Source: Selaginella moellendorffii
Taxonomy: Eukaryota > Plantae > Lycopodiophyta
DNA length: 64,000 bases
Direction: 5' to 3'
Assembly (NCBI RefSeq): GCF_000143415.4
Contig: NW_003314327.1
Location: forward strand, 520,775 to 584,774
Shown here: positions 27,401-40,806 of the stretch, one piece after another
How the letters are laid out: every line of letters begins with the position of its first letter
Numbering within the stretch: the stretch's first letter is position 1
Translations under genes and position numbers: made by a program
Notes under the pieces: generated by a model
Told to the model about the DNA's origin: nothing
Database searches by the model: none
Seen by the model: only the letters and a program-made list of their open reading frames with translations

Positions 27401-29900
27401 CGTAGCTCTGGGTAAGCTTTGAGGAGTTTGGCTTCTTCAAGGTCATCTAAGACTTCTTGCCAATTGCATTTTTGGGCTTAAGTTGGTTGAAATCTTTTCG
27501 GAATTTTTCTGGTTGTATTTGTAGCTATCTTCATTTGTCTTTTATCTGATTGTATACAAATTTCATGATCTATCCAATATTGAGCATAAACCACTTTGTT
27601 TAGCCATGGTCTTCCAAGCAAGATTTCGTAAGATGATTCTTTAATTGGCATTTTTAATACCACAAAGTTGATCTTGAACTTGTGTCCTTTGATTCCAATG
27701 GTGATATCTTTTATTATGCCAGCCGGTCTTATGACATGTTGGTCTACAATGCGAACATTGAAGGGAGCAGCTTGTATGGGTCCAAGTCCCATTCCTTTAC
27801 ATATACCATGCTTGATTATATTCACACCTGAGACTCCATCAAGTATTGCTCCAGTGAGTTGATTCTTGCCTATATTGAGGTCAATGCAAGGTACATTATC
27901 GTCATAATCTCCAAGTTGGATCTTTTCTTTGTCCTCTTTCTCAGATTTACATGGAAGTTGCTTTTCTTGAGTGTGAGCTTCAGGAATTCGTGGACAACAA
28001 ATCTTAAGTATTTGGCTCTTAAGATATGGTGCTATTTGAAGTATTTGTTGTAAAGTTAATATGATTCCATGTTGCAGTATTTGTTCTGCAAGTGAGGTGT
28101 GCTCTTCTTGAGTGAAACTTGCTGTTTCCTAATCGCTTGATTGTTTGTCATGATCTTTGATTACTTGTGGTTCTTGTTCCTGCAATTCAGTTTGAATTGC
28201 TTAAAGTATTTTCTTGTTTTTCTTCCATTCAGTTTCTGGGATAATTTCAACTTCATCATCGTGATCTTGTTCTTCTAGATTATCCGGTTGCTGATACTTG
28301 TATTGTTGTCTCATGATAGCTCGTATTGCTGGTTTTTCAAAAGTTTGTAATTCTTCAATTTCCACCTCAACATTCCGTGCTATTGGTGGTCTTGGCCTTG
28401 GAGCCTGATTGTTTACTCCTTGGTTATTCTCGTGATTTGCATTTTGGTAAGGTTGTCGAGGTCGATTATCTTGTTGTAGTGCAGGTCGCTAGTTGTAATT
28501 GTAACCTTGAGCCTGAGGGTGGTCTTTGATTAGTAATTCTCGATATGGTTCTTGATCATAATTGTAATGTATNNNNNNNNNNNNNNNNNNNNNNNNNNNN
28601 NNNNNNNNNNNNNNNNNNNNNNNNNNNNNNNNNNNNNNNNNNNNNNNNNNNNNNNNNNNNNNNNNNNNNNNNCTTCCATAATTTCCAGTATAATTATTTG
28701 GTCTTTGATCTTGAGGGGGTATTCTATTATAGTTGCTATTGTCTCGATGGTAAAAGTTTCCTCTTTGATTATACAAATTATCATCACGTTGATAATAATT
28801 GTTATATCTTGGAGGTTGATTTCGTGATGGTCGTGCATTTTGATTCCAGTTTCCTTGATATTGAGGATTGGGCTCTCAACAAGGAGCATCTTGATTCTTG
28901 AAACTTCCATTGTATTTCTATATTGGCAATTCTTGATTGTATGGCCTTTTCTTTCACAAATTTGACATTTTGGAAGCTGAAATTTGCATTCCAAATATAT
29001 ATGTCCTTCATTTTTACACTTTGTACATCACACTCCTTTGAGTTCGGTTTGTGAGATTTTCCTGATTATATCCTTCAAGTCTTGGTCTTTTGGTGTTTTC
29101 TTCTTTGTCTTAATGCATATTTCTTCTTCTTCTTCATCATCTAAACTATCATTGGTTTGTGAAGGTATAATTTTTGTGAATTACTTGAATCGCTTTTCCA
29201 ATGTGAGGATTTCTTTGGAGAGTGTATCAACACTTTCATCATCTAAATTCTTTGCTACAACAACAATTGCGACCATGTTTTTATAGATTTCTTTGAGTCC
29301 TTGGATGTAGGACAAGCTCTTTCCTTTATCTGTTATCAAATCCTTGCAGTGCTTTGCATGAAACTTAAATCTTCAAGTGTAATTTTGAATTCTTTCATAT
29401 GGTTTTTGCTTGAAGTTTTTGATGATCTCATAGTGTTCTTCTGGAGTTCCACCGGTTTGGAATTGCTCTTTGAATTGTGTGACCTTTTTGTCATGGGTCA
29501 AAGCATCATTTAGTGCTTTTCCTTTAAGTGTGTATGGGAAAAGTATTTCTCGATGCATTTCCTATTTGTTCATCCTTACAATTTGATCAAATTGTTTAAG
29601 ATGTTGGTTTGCATCTTCGGTTTTTCCACCAGTAAAAATGGGATAGAAAATCATGTTCCCTATGGCTGTTGTTAGGTTGATGATTGCCATTTGAAGTTGT
29701 ACACTTTGTTGGTTGAGTTGTTCTTTTGGTGAGTTTGCATTTGAGTAAAACTCTGGTGCTATGTAGTCTGCTTCATCAAATGCCTTAAACTCTGGGGTGT
29801 CTTTCATATTTGGTTCTTTGTTATCTTTGGCTGGGTTGCTCGACTCAGCAACTTGAATTTGTTTATCCTCTTTGTCGTACTTCTCTAATATCGTTTCTAA
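24500..29900 (-). pseudogene. Degenerate non-chromovirus Ty3/gypsy gag-pol (RT resembles Athila/Tat-related lineages)
   Basis: Gag FTGGKTEDANQHL and CQICERKGHTIKNC. PR AILDGVSG and ILLGRPWL. RT YSFLDRFSSYNQ and FMDDFSVFG. IN WGLDFIG, TDYMTKWAEA, STPYYP. Confidence 0.9.
28573..28672. other. Assembly gap (100 N)
   Basis: Run of N. Confidence 1.
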
Positions 29901-30114
29901 AATTTGTTGTTATTATTGTTCTAATTTCTCTTTTTCTATCTCTTCTTTTCTCACTTCTCAATTCTTTTGTCGAAGATCTCTTTCCCAGATCTTGATTGGG
30001 TCTAGTTTGTGTTTATGCATTCAGTTTGCTGAGTCTTCTTGACTTAGATGTCAAGGTAACTTTCCTAAATTTGTGTTTCACCTAAGTTGTCTTGAGTCAA
30101 ATGTTGTTCTTCAT

Positions 30115-30320
30115 AGATTGCAAAGTCAAGCTTTTACGTCTTGAGTCTTTTGCAAGCTTTGATTCTTGCATAAATGCGAAGTCAAGCTCTTGTGTCTTGA
30201 GTCTTTTACAAGTATGATTTTGTTGTATAAATGCGAAGTCAAGCTCTTATGTCTTGAGTCTTTTGCAAGTTTGGTTTTGTCGTATAAATGCGAAGTTATG
30301 CTCTTGTGTCTTGAGTCTTC
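30115..30320. repeat. 57-bp tandem repeat, ~3.5 copies
   Basis: AAATGCGAAGTCAAGCTCTTGTGTCTTGAGTCTTTT... recurs at 57-bp spacing upstream of gag. Confidence 0.85.
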
Positions 30321-31579
30321 AATCGAATTTTTCTTTCTTGATTCTTCCCAAGTTTCTTCTCGAGGTCACTTTCCTGAGTCTAGCTCAAGAAGGTCTTGTA
30401 TTTAAAAAATAAGATGGTGTAAGTAAGCATGATTTTGTTTGTTGGAAGGAGGTCGATTGTGTCATAAATTGATTGATATAGCTGTTTGCTAGTAATATTG
30501 GATACTACTTGCCAACTTTGGGATCGAGCAGGTATGCAAATGATTGCAACTCTCTTTAGTAGTCCAATTTTGTCTAAATTCTTGAACAATTGTTTTAGTC
30601 TCTTACAATGTGTTGATTGTACTGGAATGTGAGCTCTCACTATGAGTGTTTGTGTTTCCGATGGTAATATTTGAAAATAATATATCGATGGTAATATTTG
30701 AAAATGTTGAATACAGCAGTGGTTATATTTTTAATGTCCTAACTTCACCTTCTTCAAATGATATAGGTTTCAAATTTTGTAATTCCTGTTGTTTCTTATC
30801 TCAAGTGACATTCATACGTTAAGGTATGGATTCCAACAGATTCTTGTTGCTTTAAGCCTATGTGTGCGCAGATCTATCTAGCGCACTTTTGCCCACAGTC
30901 CTTCCCTTATCTTGAGATCAGTAAGCTTATATATCACACTCCTAACCTGTGTAATAAATCCTCTAACAAATTTTCATCCAAGTATTTCCTGAACTTCTCT
31001 AAACAGGAATCTTGGAATTTCTTTGTAAATTCAAGTGATAGCATCCCAAGTATGCCACTCAACTTCTTCCTTGAGACAAATAAATTCTTGATCGATATAC
31101 ACGAAAGATCTCCATGAAAGTTCGAGGATGACTCTTCACATATACAATTCTTGTTTATCTTGTTTTCCTATAAACTTCGCACCATGTATGATAGTGCCAT
31201 TGCAAATTGGTGTATAGTTTTCTTGATCTAATTTGTTGTAAACTAAATTGAAGATTCGTTTCTGAATCTCAAATGGTAGCTGCCTGATTGCCTCTAAAAA
31301 GTTTTTAGAGTCTTGCATCTAACGAGGGATTTCCTCATCTCACTGGTTTCTTGTGCAAGCTCAAAATTCCATGCTGTGTCATTGTTATCACTCTCATCAT
31401 GTGTGCTACAGAATTTTGGTGATTGTTCATTATCTTTTAGCATTCTTCCCCTTTTGTTCTTCTATTGACTAGACAATTTGTGTAACAATCGCAAGACTAT
31501 TTCTTGGAATTTTTGAAAGCAACTCGTCCTCTGTTTCTCTTCTTTTTCTAAACTATTGTCACTTTTTCTGGTGTCATTT

Positions 31580-32114
31580 TCTAAACATTCTAAGTCTTAC
31601 TTTTATAGTCATTGTTGCTCACATCAAGGTTAAGAATACAGTCCTAACCTTGAACCTCTCAAGTTTGTTTTCCTAAGCTTGAACTTTCGAGCTTGCCTTT
31701 TTCCTCTTTCTCCACTTTAGACCACTCTCCACTCTAAACCCTAAACTTGAGAGGTTCAAGTTTAGGACTGTATTCCTAACTTTGAGATGAGTAGTAGTGA
31801 CTATAAAAGTAGGACTTAGAATGTTTTTAAACTTATCCCTAATACAAATACATTACAATATATTGTCATTCTGCCTATCTCTTTGGCTCTTCATGGCAAT
31901 ATCTTACTTGCCCACCACCTTCAAAGGATCAAAGGCGTGGGACTAGCACTTTCATACTCATGTTCACAATCTCAACTTAGATTAGCATAAGCAGGTAAGT
32001 GCACTCTTTTCGTAGTGTAGTTTTAGATTTAGGGACTAGTTTAGATTTGAAACCTTCTAGGAAGATCTTGTGTGGATATTTTCCTCCTAGTTTAGAAAAT
32101 TTTAGAAGTTTTCA
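31580..32114. repeat. Fold-back terminal-repeat module of the third gypsy element
   Basis: 31580-31668 is the inverted copy of 31743-31830. 31743-32114 is a direct repeat of 20942-21314. Confidence 0.75.
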
Positions 32115-32598
32115 ATGTCCTTGCAAATAGGGGCATATCACACTTTGTAAGTTGGGTGACACCTAGAACAACAAATGTGGTTAATGTAAGCAACCAGAGG
32201 GAACAACTTGAGAGACGATTCATGATGTTCAAATATAAAACGAAAAGGCCCATGAACAAGAGTGCACCCCCTTTTTCAATCGGTTAAGGGTCTTAGAATA
32301 TTTGGGGTTAAACGTCTTTGGGTTTTAATAGTACTGGGTTGGGTGACCTCTTGAGAAGTCTAAATTCAAGAGTTTACAATTAACTCTATTGGTCATTTCC
32401 TTATTGGCGACAGTTGAAAGGTGTTTGAGTTGTTAGCACATCCGGATTAGACAAAGAAGTTATCCTAACTCATTTAGGTTGGTGCATTTTTCACATAGTG
32501 TGAACACTGTGAACTTTTTCTAGAGTTGTTTCCTTGGTGGTGTTTTAGACTAGAGTATGCATCGATGAGGATGTTGATCTTCCCTAATAGGGGGAAAG

Positions 32599-33623
32599 TG
32601 TTGCAAATGTAACTTTGGGTATCAAAAGTTATTTGTCGGTTAGTCTTTTCAAATATTTTTTCTTTACTACTATAATGGCAAAAGGTTAGTATTGTTGGTT
32701 TCTTTATCAGTTTTTACCTAAGATAGTTGAGAAACTGGTCTTCGTGTGTGTACTTAACCAAATGAGCATAAGGACGAAATTTCTAAGTGCTATTAGTTAA
32801 GTATACTTGATCTGGTTATATAAACTCATTTGTTGACTTGCACTTGCTAATGTTGGGAACCCTTGTGATATTGAGTTTGGTCCCTTAATATTTACCAAAT
32901 GATAGCTTACCGTGTCTGCTAAACACCCTTGCTATCATGCCCTTTATGTTAGTCTTATTCCGGTCCCAGATACTATTTATGGAAAGTGCCTAGATTTGCT
33001 CATTTGGCATATTTATAAAATGTAGAGATTATCCTGAAGACAATGATGTTCATCGCATGTCCAAATTTGTAATCTAGAGACATTCCATATTTAGTTAATT
33101 TCAACTTGTCCCAGAGACTAACTCCTGATACTAGGAGAGGGTTGGCTTCCAAAATTTATAGTAGGGATAGTGGGTAGGTTGGGTATAACTGACCAACCTG
33201 AGGTATAATATATCTCCTGCTTGCATGCCCGTCCTTGTTCTACATCTGACTTGGGTCTAAGCCCAAGTTCCATACCATACTAATTGGTGGAGTACTTATA
33301 TCCTTGTGTTATGCCACTAGTATGCTGAAATAGCCCCAGACTCTGTTTGGCTTTGTTTTGCATGTTAATTTTGGGATGCTCTAGGACTATTTTAAGTCAC
33401 TCTATGCTTCTGTCCTTTCGCTCCTAGGGCTGAACACTCAAAAGTCACTCTATGCTCCGGTTCCTTTGCTCCTTGGTTCCATGCTTAGGAGTTTGGCTCC
33501 ATTCTTTCATTTAGTGGCTTAAGGCCCTGAAACTTGGGTTCTACACCACTGTCTTTAGGACATGTGGCATGTGACACGTGGCAAGGGTTCATGTCCCGCT
33601 TTATGGTTATCCTATGGTAAATC
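32599..33623 (+). mobile_element. 3' LTR of family Y (truncated by insertion), preceded by a PPT
   Basis: AATAGGGGGAAAG then TGTTGCAAATG. Inverted homologue at 50848-51974. Confidence 0.7.
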
Positions 33624-35259
33624 TATTAGGCGCCAGCTTTGACTACGTGGTCAATGTTGGTCAAAGGGAGATTCAAGGGTATATTAAGGCATGTTAGGGT
33701 AAAAAGCTCTATTTCGTTAAAGTGGGATTTATTCAGTAAAATGGGACTAGTACAAATTTTCAAGTATTTGAAAATGTCGTGAAATTATATGTTTTTTGTC
33801 CAGGGGCTAGACATATCTTGGGCATGGTGACTAGCGCGGTGACTTTGTGTCCAGACTGAGTCCATTTGGTTGTATAATAAATCTCATTGTCAAGGTGAAC
33901 AAGCCGAATCTGAAGTTAAAGAAGAGTGATGGCATGCGCGCACACACTATTTGTTTGTTCATTGAGCGTGTGGTGAGCTTTCCAAGATGAACGTCATTCC
34001 TATTAGCCAGACATATAACTTAATGGTGAGAACATTTAGATATTATTCAATGTTATCTTTTTCTAACGAATCTAATTGTGAAGGTGTAGCAAGAGGCATT
34101 GCTAGTCTGGAGAAGTCATTTAACTCATTTGACCCTTAGTGTATTTTCATGAAACTAAATAACATTCATATTATTAAGGAATTTCTCTAGTACCTTTTTT
34201 TTACGACATAGAGGCTTGCATTTCTTTCAAAGGTGATTTAGTAAAAGGCCTGAGGGCACATGCCATTCTATTTCTCAGACCGGTATTAAAATATACTAGT
34301 GCAAAGGGAAAAAGGTATTTGGTGATCAAGTAAATGGCATGAGGGCACATGCCATTATAAGCCTAAGCGCTAGTGGACACCTCCTTTTTGGTACTCTCAG
34401 CGGTACTATCATCCTTCTCCGGGTCAGTTGTTTTGCTTTGGATTGTTGTCTTTGACGTTACTGGGGCGTTCTCGATAGTTGTTAATGTTGCCGTTTGTTC
34501 AGAAAAATGATCACCTAGAGTATAGTATGGGGAGTTTGGAAGACTTATATATTCTACATCTTCACCTATCTCCTTCTCCGTCTCCTTTTCTGCCTCACTT
34601 ACAGATTTTGTGTTTGCCATGAGAACGCTCTTCACCCTAAAATATGGAGTTCGTTGTGTTATAAAAGGAAACTAACACACACGCTGCAAGGGAATGATGG
34701 TACATAAAGCACGTAAGCCCACAATATGGGTTTATGTGCCATTAATATGGGCCACACGCCATATTATTAGATTTATGCACGTGTGATTGGTAAATGCATA
34801 TGTCACATCATCTTTGTTTTACCTCATACACTATATCAGGCCTAATGAACCATATCACATGTGCGCACATGCTATATATATGGAGAAGTATTATGCAAGG
34901 ATAGAAAAATTCAATGCATGATTGTGGAGAGCAATGGCATGAAGCCACATGCTAAATAACATTTTAGAGAAAGATTAAAATAGAAACATGCAAACAGTAC
35001 TAAGTGGACCAAGACTTAGAAGTGCACAATTGAATGAGGTATTTCTAATAAATATTTCACTCACCTTATATAGGAATGGCTACCACTCTCAAATGGCGTA
35101 TCGCCTCATGCCATCACCTCGCAATTTGTTATAACAATCCGATGAATTCATATTCGGCTTGTTCACCTTGAACTTTAAGTAAGATTTGCTAGAACAACTA
35201 AGAATTTATACTTGTTATTTGTATCATCTCACCTAGGAATGGCGTAAGGCCACATGCCA

Positions 35260-38158
35260 TCACGCCTCCTCTGATTCAGATTCGGATTGTTCACCTTGAA
35301 ATAAAATACATTAGAAACTTAGTAAAGGAATATTAATGAATCTCACCTTGAACCCGGGTTATGAATGCTCTTGCTGCATCTCTTGCATGGTCTGGCAAGG
35401 TGATGGTGGCACTCTGCTTCCGCATCCAACCATGCACAACATTATCCACCGATATGCTCATGCTGGGATCCCTTGGATTCAGCACCCATCTCTTTTCTAG
35501 GCAATCCTTCGTATATCCGGAACTTGGCTTGAACCACTCCACAGTTACATTGAAGGAGTTAGTTTCTGCGTCCTCCTCTACATCAGTGATGCAGCGCCCC
35601 ACCCATATCATTTGTTTTTTATTACTGGGTCTGACAAGCACGACCATTCCTTTGTAGACCTGTACTGGATTGAATGCTGAATCCGGCTTCTTGTTCCTCG
35701 GCCCACAATAGTGATCCTCAACATCGTTATCTGTCACTGCATTTCCAGAGGACATTGTTCTGCTACTATCTGGTGCTCTGGGTTCTGGCCAAAAGGACTC
35801 TTCCAATTTTTCATATACAACCAGCCTATTTTGGATAGCAGATATAATCTTCTCCCAGTATTCGAGCAAAGGCTTGCACCTTTGAAAATAGGATTCTCCA
35901 CCAAACACCAACCCCCTCTTCCAGAAGGCAATATGCTGTCTAATCCCGGCCACTATACTTTCCTGGTCTTTGAGTCCATCCGGGTGCATCGGCCGTGGGG
36001 AACCCTGAGGAATCATAGGTTCCCCAGTTATGGGATCTCTCTTGAAGAGTTCAATGCCGTCCACTAGCAGCCACACTGTGTCCCATTCTCTCATCTTGTA
36101 CCTCATCACTGGAGCACCGTCACGCATGCTGAAATGAAACTGAAGAGGCTTAGAGTGGCCAGTCAGCGTTTCGGATCCGTCCCTGATGTAGCCTCTTACA
36201 AACCCCTTAAAGTCTGGAACCTTTGTCACAAGTGCAGCTTCAACAGTGCCTTTGATGCAATTTTGGAATTCATCGTAGAGTTGTGGGAGGGTGAGGACAT
36301 TGGATCGCCGGAGGGACTCTGCTAGGTGACTGAACATGGCATCGACGTCTTCATGAGTGTGCCCAACCATGAGAAAGCCAAGTGTAACCGTTTCAAATAT
36401 GCCTTTGGCAACAAGCATCGCCAAGTACGTGAAGACGTGCATGTTTTTGTTCTCACTGCCAGCATTGTCTGTTTGGAGCAGAAGATGAGGTGGAAGGCCA
36501 CATCAGCCGCAAGAACTTCCTTGAGATTCTGCTTCGTTTGGATGAGGCTGTGCATTCACCGGGCGACCAGCCTCGTCGGAATGGCATGAGGCCTCACGTG
36601 ATAACCCTACAATCTGACGGCCAACATATTCACTGGGATGGCATGGGGCCCCACACGATACTACAAGCCTTTGCTCCTCCTCCAGCTGAACCCTGTATGG
36701 GGTTTGATCGACAAGGGCCTTATGCAAGGGTTGGTCGTTCAGCTCAATTTGCACACTTTGTAGAGACCTTAAGTGTTTTGCTAGGGACGCAATCATCATG
36801 TTTGCACCCCCGCCACCCCATAGAGGTACAAAGAAGTTCCCATAGTTCTGGGCACCATGCCCATGAGCGATTATGCTAAACAGAGACACAGGCAGCTGCA
36901 TGGATGAAGAGATTGCCTTGGGGGCAGGATTGAGTCGAGGTAAGCACGTCTTTTTCTGGTCCATTTTGTCGTGGATGATGCAGAGGTAAGAGTTAGGTCT
37001 CTCCATGGAGAGAATCCTGTTATGATAATATGCAGTCCTGCAGCTTCTTTGCTCGATGTTGTGGTCGAGCCGCCTTCTAACCAACGTCTCTCACTCTTGA
37101 GCGATGCAAGAATTCTTCGACAAAGCCATTTTGATAGCAGTGCACTCGTCACACTTTGAAAAGCTGGAGTACTTTCCTATACTCACATCCCTGAACCTAT
37201 TGCTCCACAATCTACTAAATCTAGATTGGCTCAGCTTCCTGTAGCCATTACTCTGGAGTTCCCGATTCACATCTTCCAATATGGCCCCCTTGGTATACAT
37301 GGAAGGGAGAACTCGTTGGGTGTCTCGAGTTCCATCTTCCAAGAGGTGGGTTTTATGTGGTTGTTGCTCGCTACATGTCTCGACAAACCTCTTGAAGATT
37401 GCCTCTCCATATATAACATGACCCCTGGTTTTGTGAGTACCGTCGTTTCCATGGACTGCCTGTTGAACCCTTTGTTCCTCGAACTCAGTTTTGATTCTGT
37501 AGAATGTGGTTCGAGGGACTCCATAAATGATTCTCCATGCCTTCATGCAGACCAAACCCCTCTGGAAGACCATGCCCCCCACCTGATGTTCTGAAGCATC
37601 AACAGATGACCGTAATGCCTCATACACAAAATTGCGAGCTGCCTTCCAGGACAATGTCTTGTATCTTGCTCTCTCCTCTTCAATAGCATCCCAATCAGCA
37701 TGTTCACAGGACCTCCTCTTGCAACAAGCAACTATTGAGACCATTCGAACTTCCATCGCTATTTTCTGCCTTTTCGGTTCGTTGCTCAGATCCCTTTGGC
37801 TGCGCTTTAGGAAGGTGTACTTTCTTTTCCCATGAAGAGATGTTCTGTCATCAGTTGTAGTGGTGTTTGATTGTGAATCCTTCACATTCTCAAACACTAA
37901 GTGCCTCAATTTCCACCGCACAATGCTTCCAATAGTTAGACTGTTTTCTTCTGTGTTAACAACCTCTAAAATCGCAACTCCAATATCATCCCAGCCCAAT
38001 TCTTGATTAGCAACCGCATCTCTTGGATCGACAACTGTGGCTAAGCCCTCAGCTACCACCTCCCCCTCGGGGTTGTTTAGAAACACCTTTGCCTGAATCC
38101 ATGTAGCACGGTTCTTAAGATCCACGGAGGGAACATGCGTCGCACTTGCGGAGGCCAT
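35260..38158 (-). pseudogene. Sola-like (DUF7869-type) DDD transposase, ~940 codons, two in-frame TGA stops
   Basis: ORFs 37091-38158, 36503-37084 and 35333-36442 form one frame broken by TGA at 37091 and 36503. Motifs: VCMKAWRIIYG, FSKCDEC, HDKMDQKK, LQTDNAGSENKN, FLMVGHTHEDVD. Probable last intron 35295-35346 gives the ending GEQSESESEEA*. Confidence 0.8.
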
Positions 38159-38346
38159 TCTGAAAGTGCAGAAAAGAAGTTAAGACCATACAAAAAATGA
38201 TTGGAGAATGGCCTAAATCATAACATACCAAACAACCTCAATAGCATGAGGCCACATGCCATTATTCAAACATGCTATTGACACCCATGTGAAATTTCGC
38301 ATTCACAAAATTGGCATGAGCCCTCATGCCATTAGTGGTACCACTA

Positions 38347-38539
38347 ATGGCATGAGGCCTCACGTTATCTTTGGCCCCTACTAGCCTGTTGCTATATTCC
38401 TTTTGCCTTGCTGCAACTATATATATTTTTGTGTGCGTGACTAGTCACCCATACAAAAATATATACAGTTGCAACAAAGCAAAAGGAATATGGCAATAGG
38501 CTAGCAGGGGCCAAAGATGGCATGAGGCCTCATGCCATC
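38347..38539. repeat. ~190-bp loopless fold-back hairpin upstream of the transposase
   Basis: Arms of ~95 bp, roughly 90% complementary, centred on GTGACTAGTCAC. Both arms end in the 22-bp palindrome. Confidence 0.9.
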
Positions 38540-38877
38540 TTGATAAACACACAGCTACAGGCAGGTAAAGAAACTATTGGCAATATGCTAGTGATGAACT
38601 TGCAAGCCCCAAGATGGCATGAGCCCTCATACCATTAGTGGTACTGTAGCACCGCTCGCACCGCCACAACTGCTCGTAGCGCCGCTCGCACAAACTGCCA
38701 CTCGCATAAACTGCCGCTCGCAATGGCGCTCGCAATGCCGCAACCGCTCGTAGACGCATAAACCATAGCTCACAACGCCGCTTACACAAGCAGCGCTCAC
38801 TGCGCTCAGCGGAACCAAGAACACGGCGCACAAAAATGATAGACCTAGGAATGAGTTCGAGAATTCAAAAATAACAT

Positions 38878-40806
38878 ACGCTTGAACGTTACATCAAATC
38901 CTCTGACAAACCAGATCTTATGATTCCTCTGACAAATTTCAAACTGAGTAGCTTCTAGACTTTGCTGTCAGACGTTGAACTTTGTCACATCATGTCCTTG
39001 CCTCGATCCAGCTGTGCCATGTCAGTGATTCGAACTTTGCCATACCATGTCAGCAATCCGCGCCAAGATTATTCGCCGTGTAAAGGAATAATTATGCTGT
39101 GTGTGTACGTCCATTTATGGCAATATAAGGCCACACGCCATTCAAAGAATAATGCTAGTCGAGCATTTTTTGGTGCATTTTTGGGTTTAAAATTGCATGA
39201 GCCCACACGCTATAAAGTTTACCTGTACCAAAAATAGAAACAGCTTTATTTACTTGGGAATTTAAGTGGTTGCGGCATTTTTAAACTTACAAACACATGC
39301 CCTACTTACATTCCTTTGGTTGCTTAAAATTCAAAAATATTATAAACCTTTCTTTTTGCATTTTCAATGTTTTCAATTATGGTTTTTGATTTTCGCAGGA
39401 CCAGCCTAGTAATCTATTTGCATCCCGTCATATTTATAGCTATCTTTCGTTTGTCCCCTTCGCTAGCCTGAGATACATCTGCTCGGCATCTGCCTCTTAC
39501 AGCATTTGCCCAGAAAGGGCATCTTTCTTCACGCAGCATTTGCCACATGTTTAGGGTTTAGGGTTTAGCAATTCAGTAGTTTGATAAACATGCAAATACA
39601 GAACTTGATGCAAAATCCTTTGATATGTCACAATGCCCCTAGGACCATAAACACATTTCAATAGAGAGGGTCTTTTCATTTCATAACTCCTTATGTAGAT
39701 CTTGGTGAAACCAGAGTTAGTGAAGTTAGTTTCTTGTGATCCCGCATCTGATTGTGATGTCCCTTTGCAGTGTCGATGGAAAGGTCAATGCACACCAAAC
39801 TGTAAAATCTTGGAGCAAAATAACGGTCGGATCTATGGCAAATGCCCCTGAAACATTGTAAGGCTCGTGTGGTTTCATGTGGTGTTCGATCGAGATGCTT
39901 CTTTGCAGGGTCATCAAGAAAGACATTGTATACCATTCTGTAAAATCTAGTTGCGATTTAACGGTTGGATCTCCAGAAAACTCAAAAAAATCTCGCGCAT
40001 GTCAGAATATTCTAGGAATATACTCCTATGTGCCCCTTAAAATGGCATGCGGCCCCACGCCATTCAAGAGATAACACCAGATGACGCCGAGCATTTTTTG
40101 GTGCATTTTTTGGGATCAAAATTGCATGAGCCCACACGCTTGAACGTCACATCAAATCCTCTGACAAACCAGATCTTATAATTCCTCTGACAAATTTCAA
40201 ACTGAGTAGCTTCTAGACTTTGTTGTCGGACGTTAAACTTTGTCACATCATGTCCTTGCCTCGATCCAGCTGTGCCATGTTAGTGATTCGAACTTTGCCA
40301 TGCCATGTCAGCGATCCGCGCCAAGATTATTCGCCGTGTAACTGCTCAGCATCTGCCTCTTACAGCATTTGCCCAGAAAGGGCATCTTTCTTCACGCAGC
40401 ATTTGCCACATATTTAGGGAGGGTTTAGGGTTTAGCAATTCAGTAGCTTGATAAACATGCAAATACAGAACTTGATGCAAAATCCTTTGATATGTCACAA
40501 TGCCCCTAGGACCATAAACACATTTCAATAGAGAGGGTCCTTTCATTTCATAACTCCTTACGTAGATCTTGGTGAAACCAGAGTTAGTGAAGTTGGTTTC
40601 TTGTGATCCCACATCTGATTGTGATGTCCCTTTGCAGTGTCGATGGAAAGGTCAATGCACACCAAACTGTAGAATCTTGGAGCAAAATAACGGTCGGATC
40701 TATGGTAAATGCCCCTGAAACATTGTAAGGCTCGTGTGGTCTCATGTGGTGTCCGATCGAGATGCTTCTTTGCAAGGTCATCAAGAAGAACATTGTATAC
40801 CATTCT
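38878..40806. repeat. Internal direct duplication within the transposon
   Basis: 38878-39082 matches 40138-40340. 39479-39938 matches 40342-40806. 39160-39211 matches 40088-40139. Confidence 0.9.

Noticed and set aside
39549-39568. TTTAGGG telomere-like repeats (also ~40415 and ~31735)
   Set aside because: Only 2-3 units, typical telo-box-sized motifs rather than an interstitial telomere.
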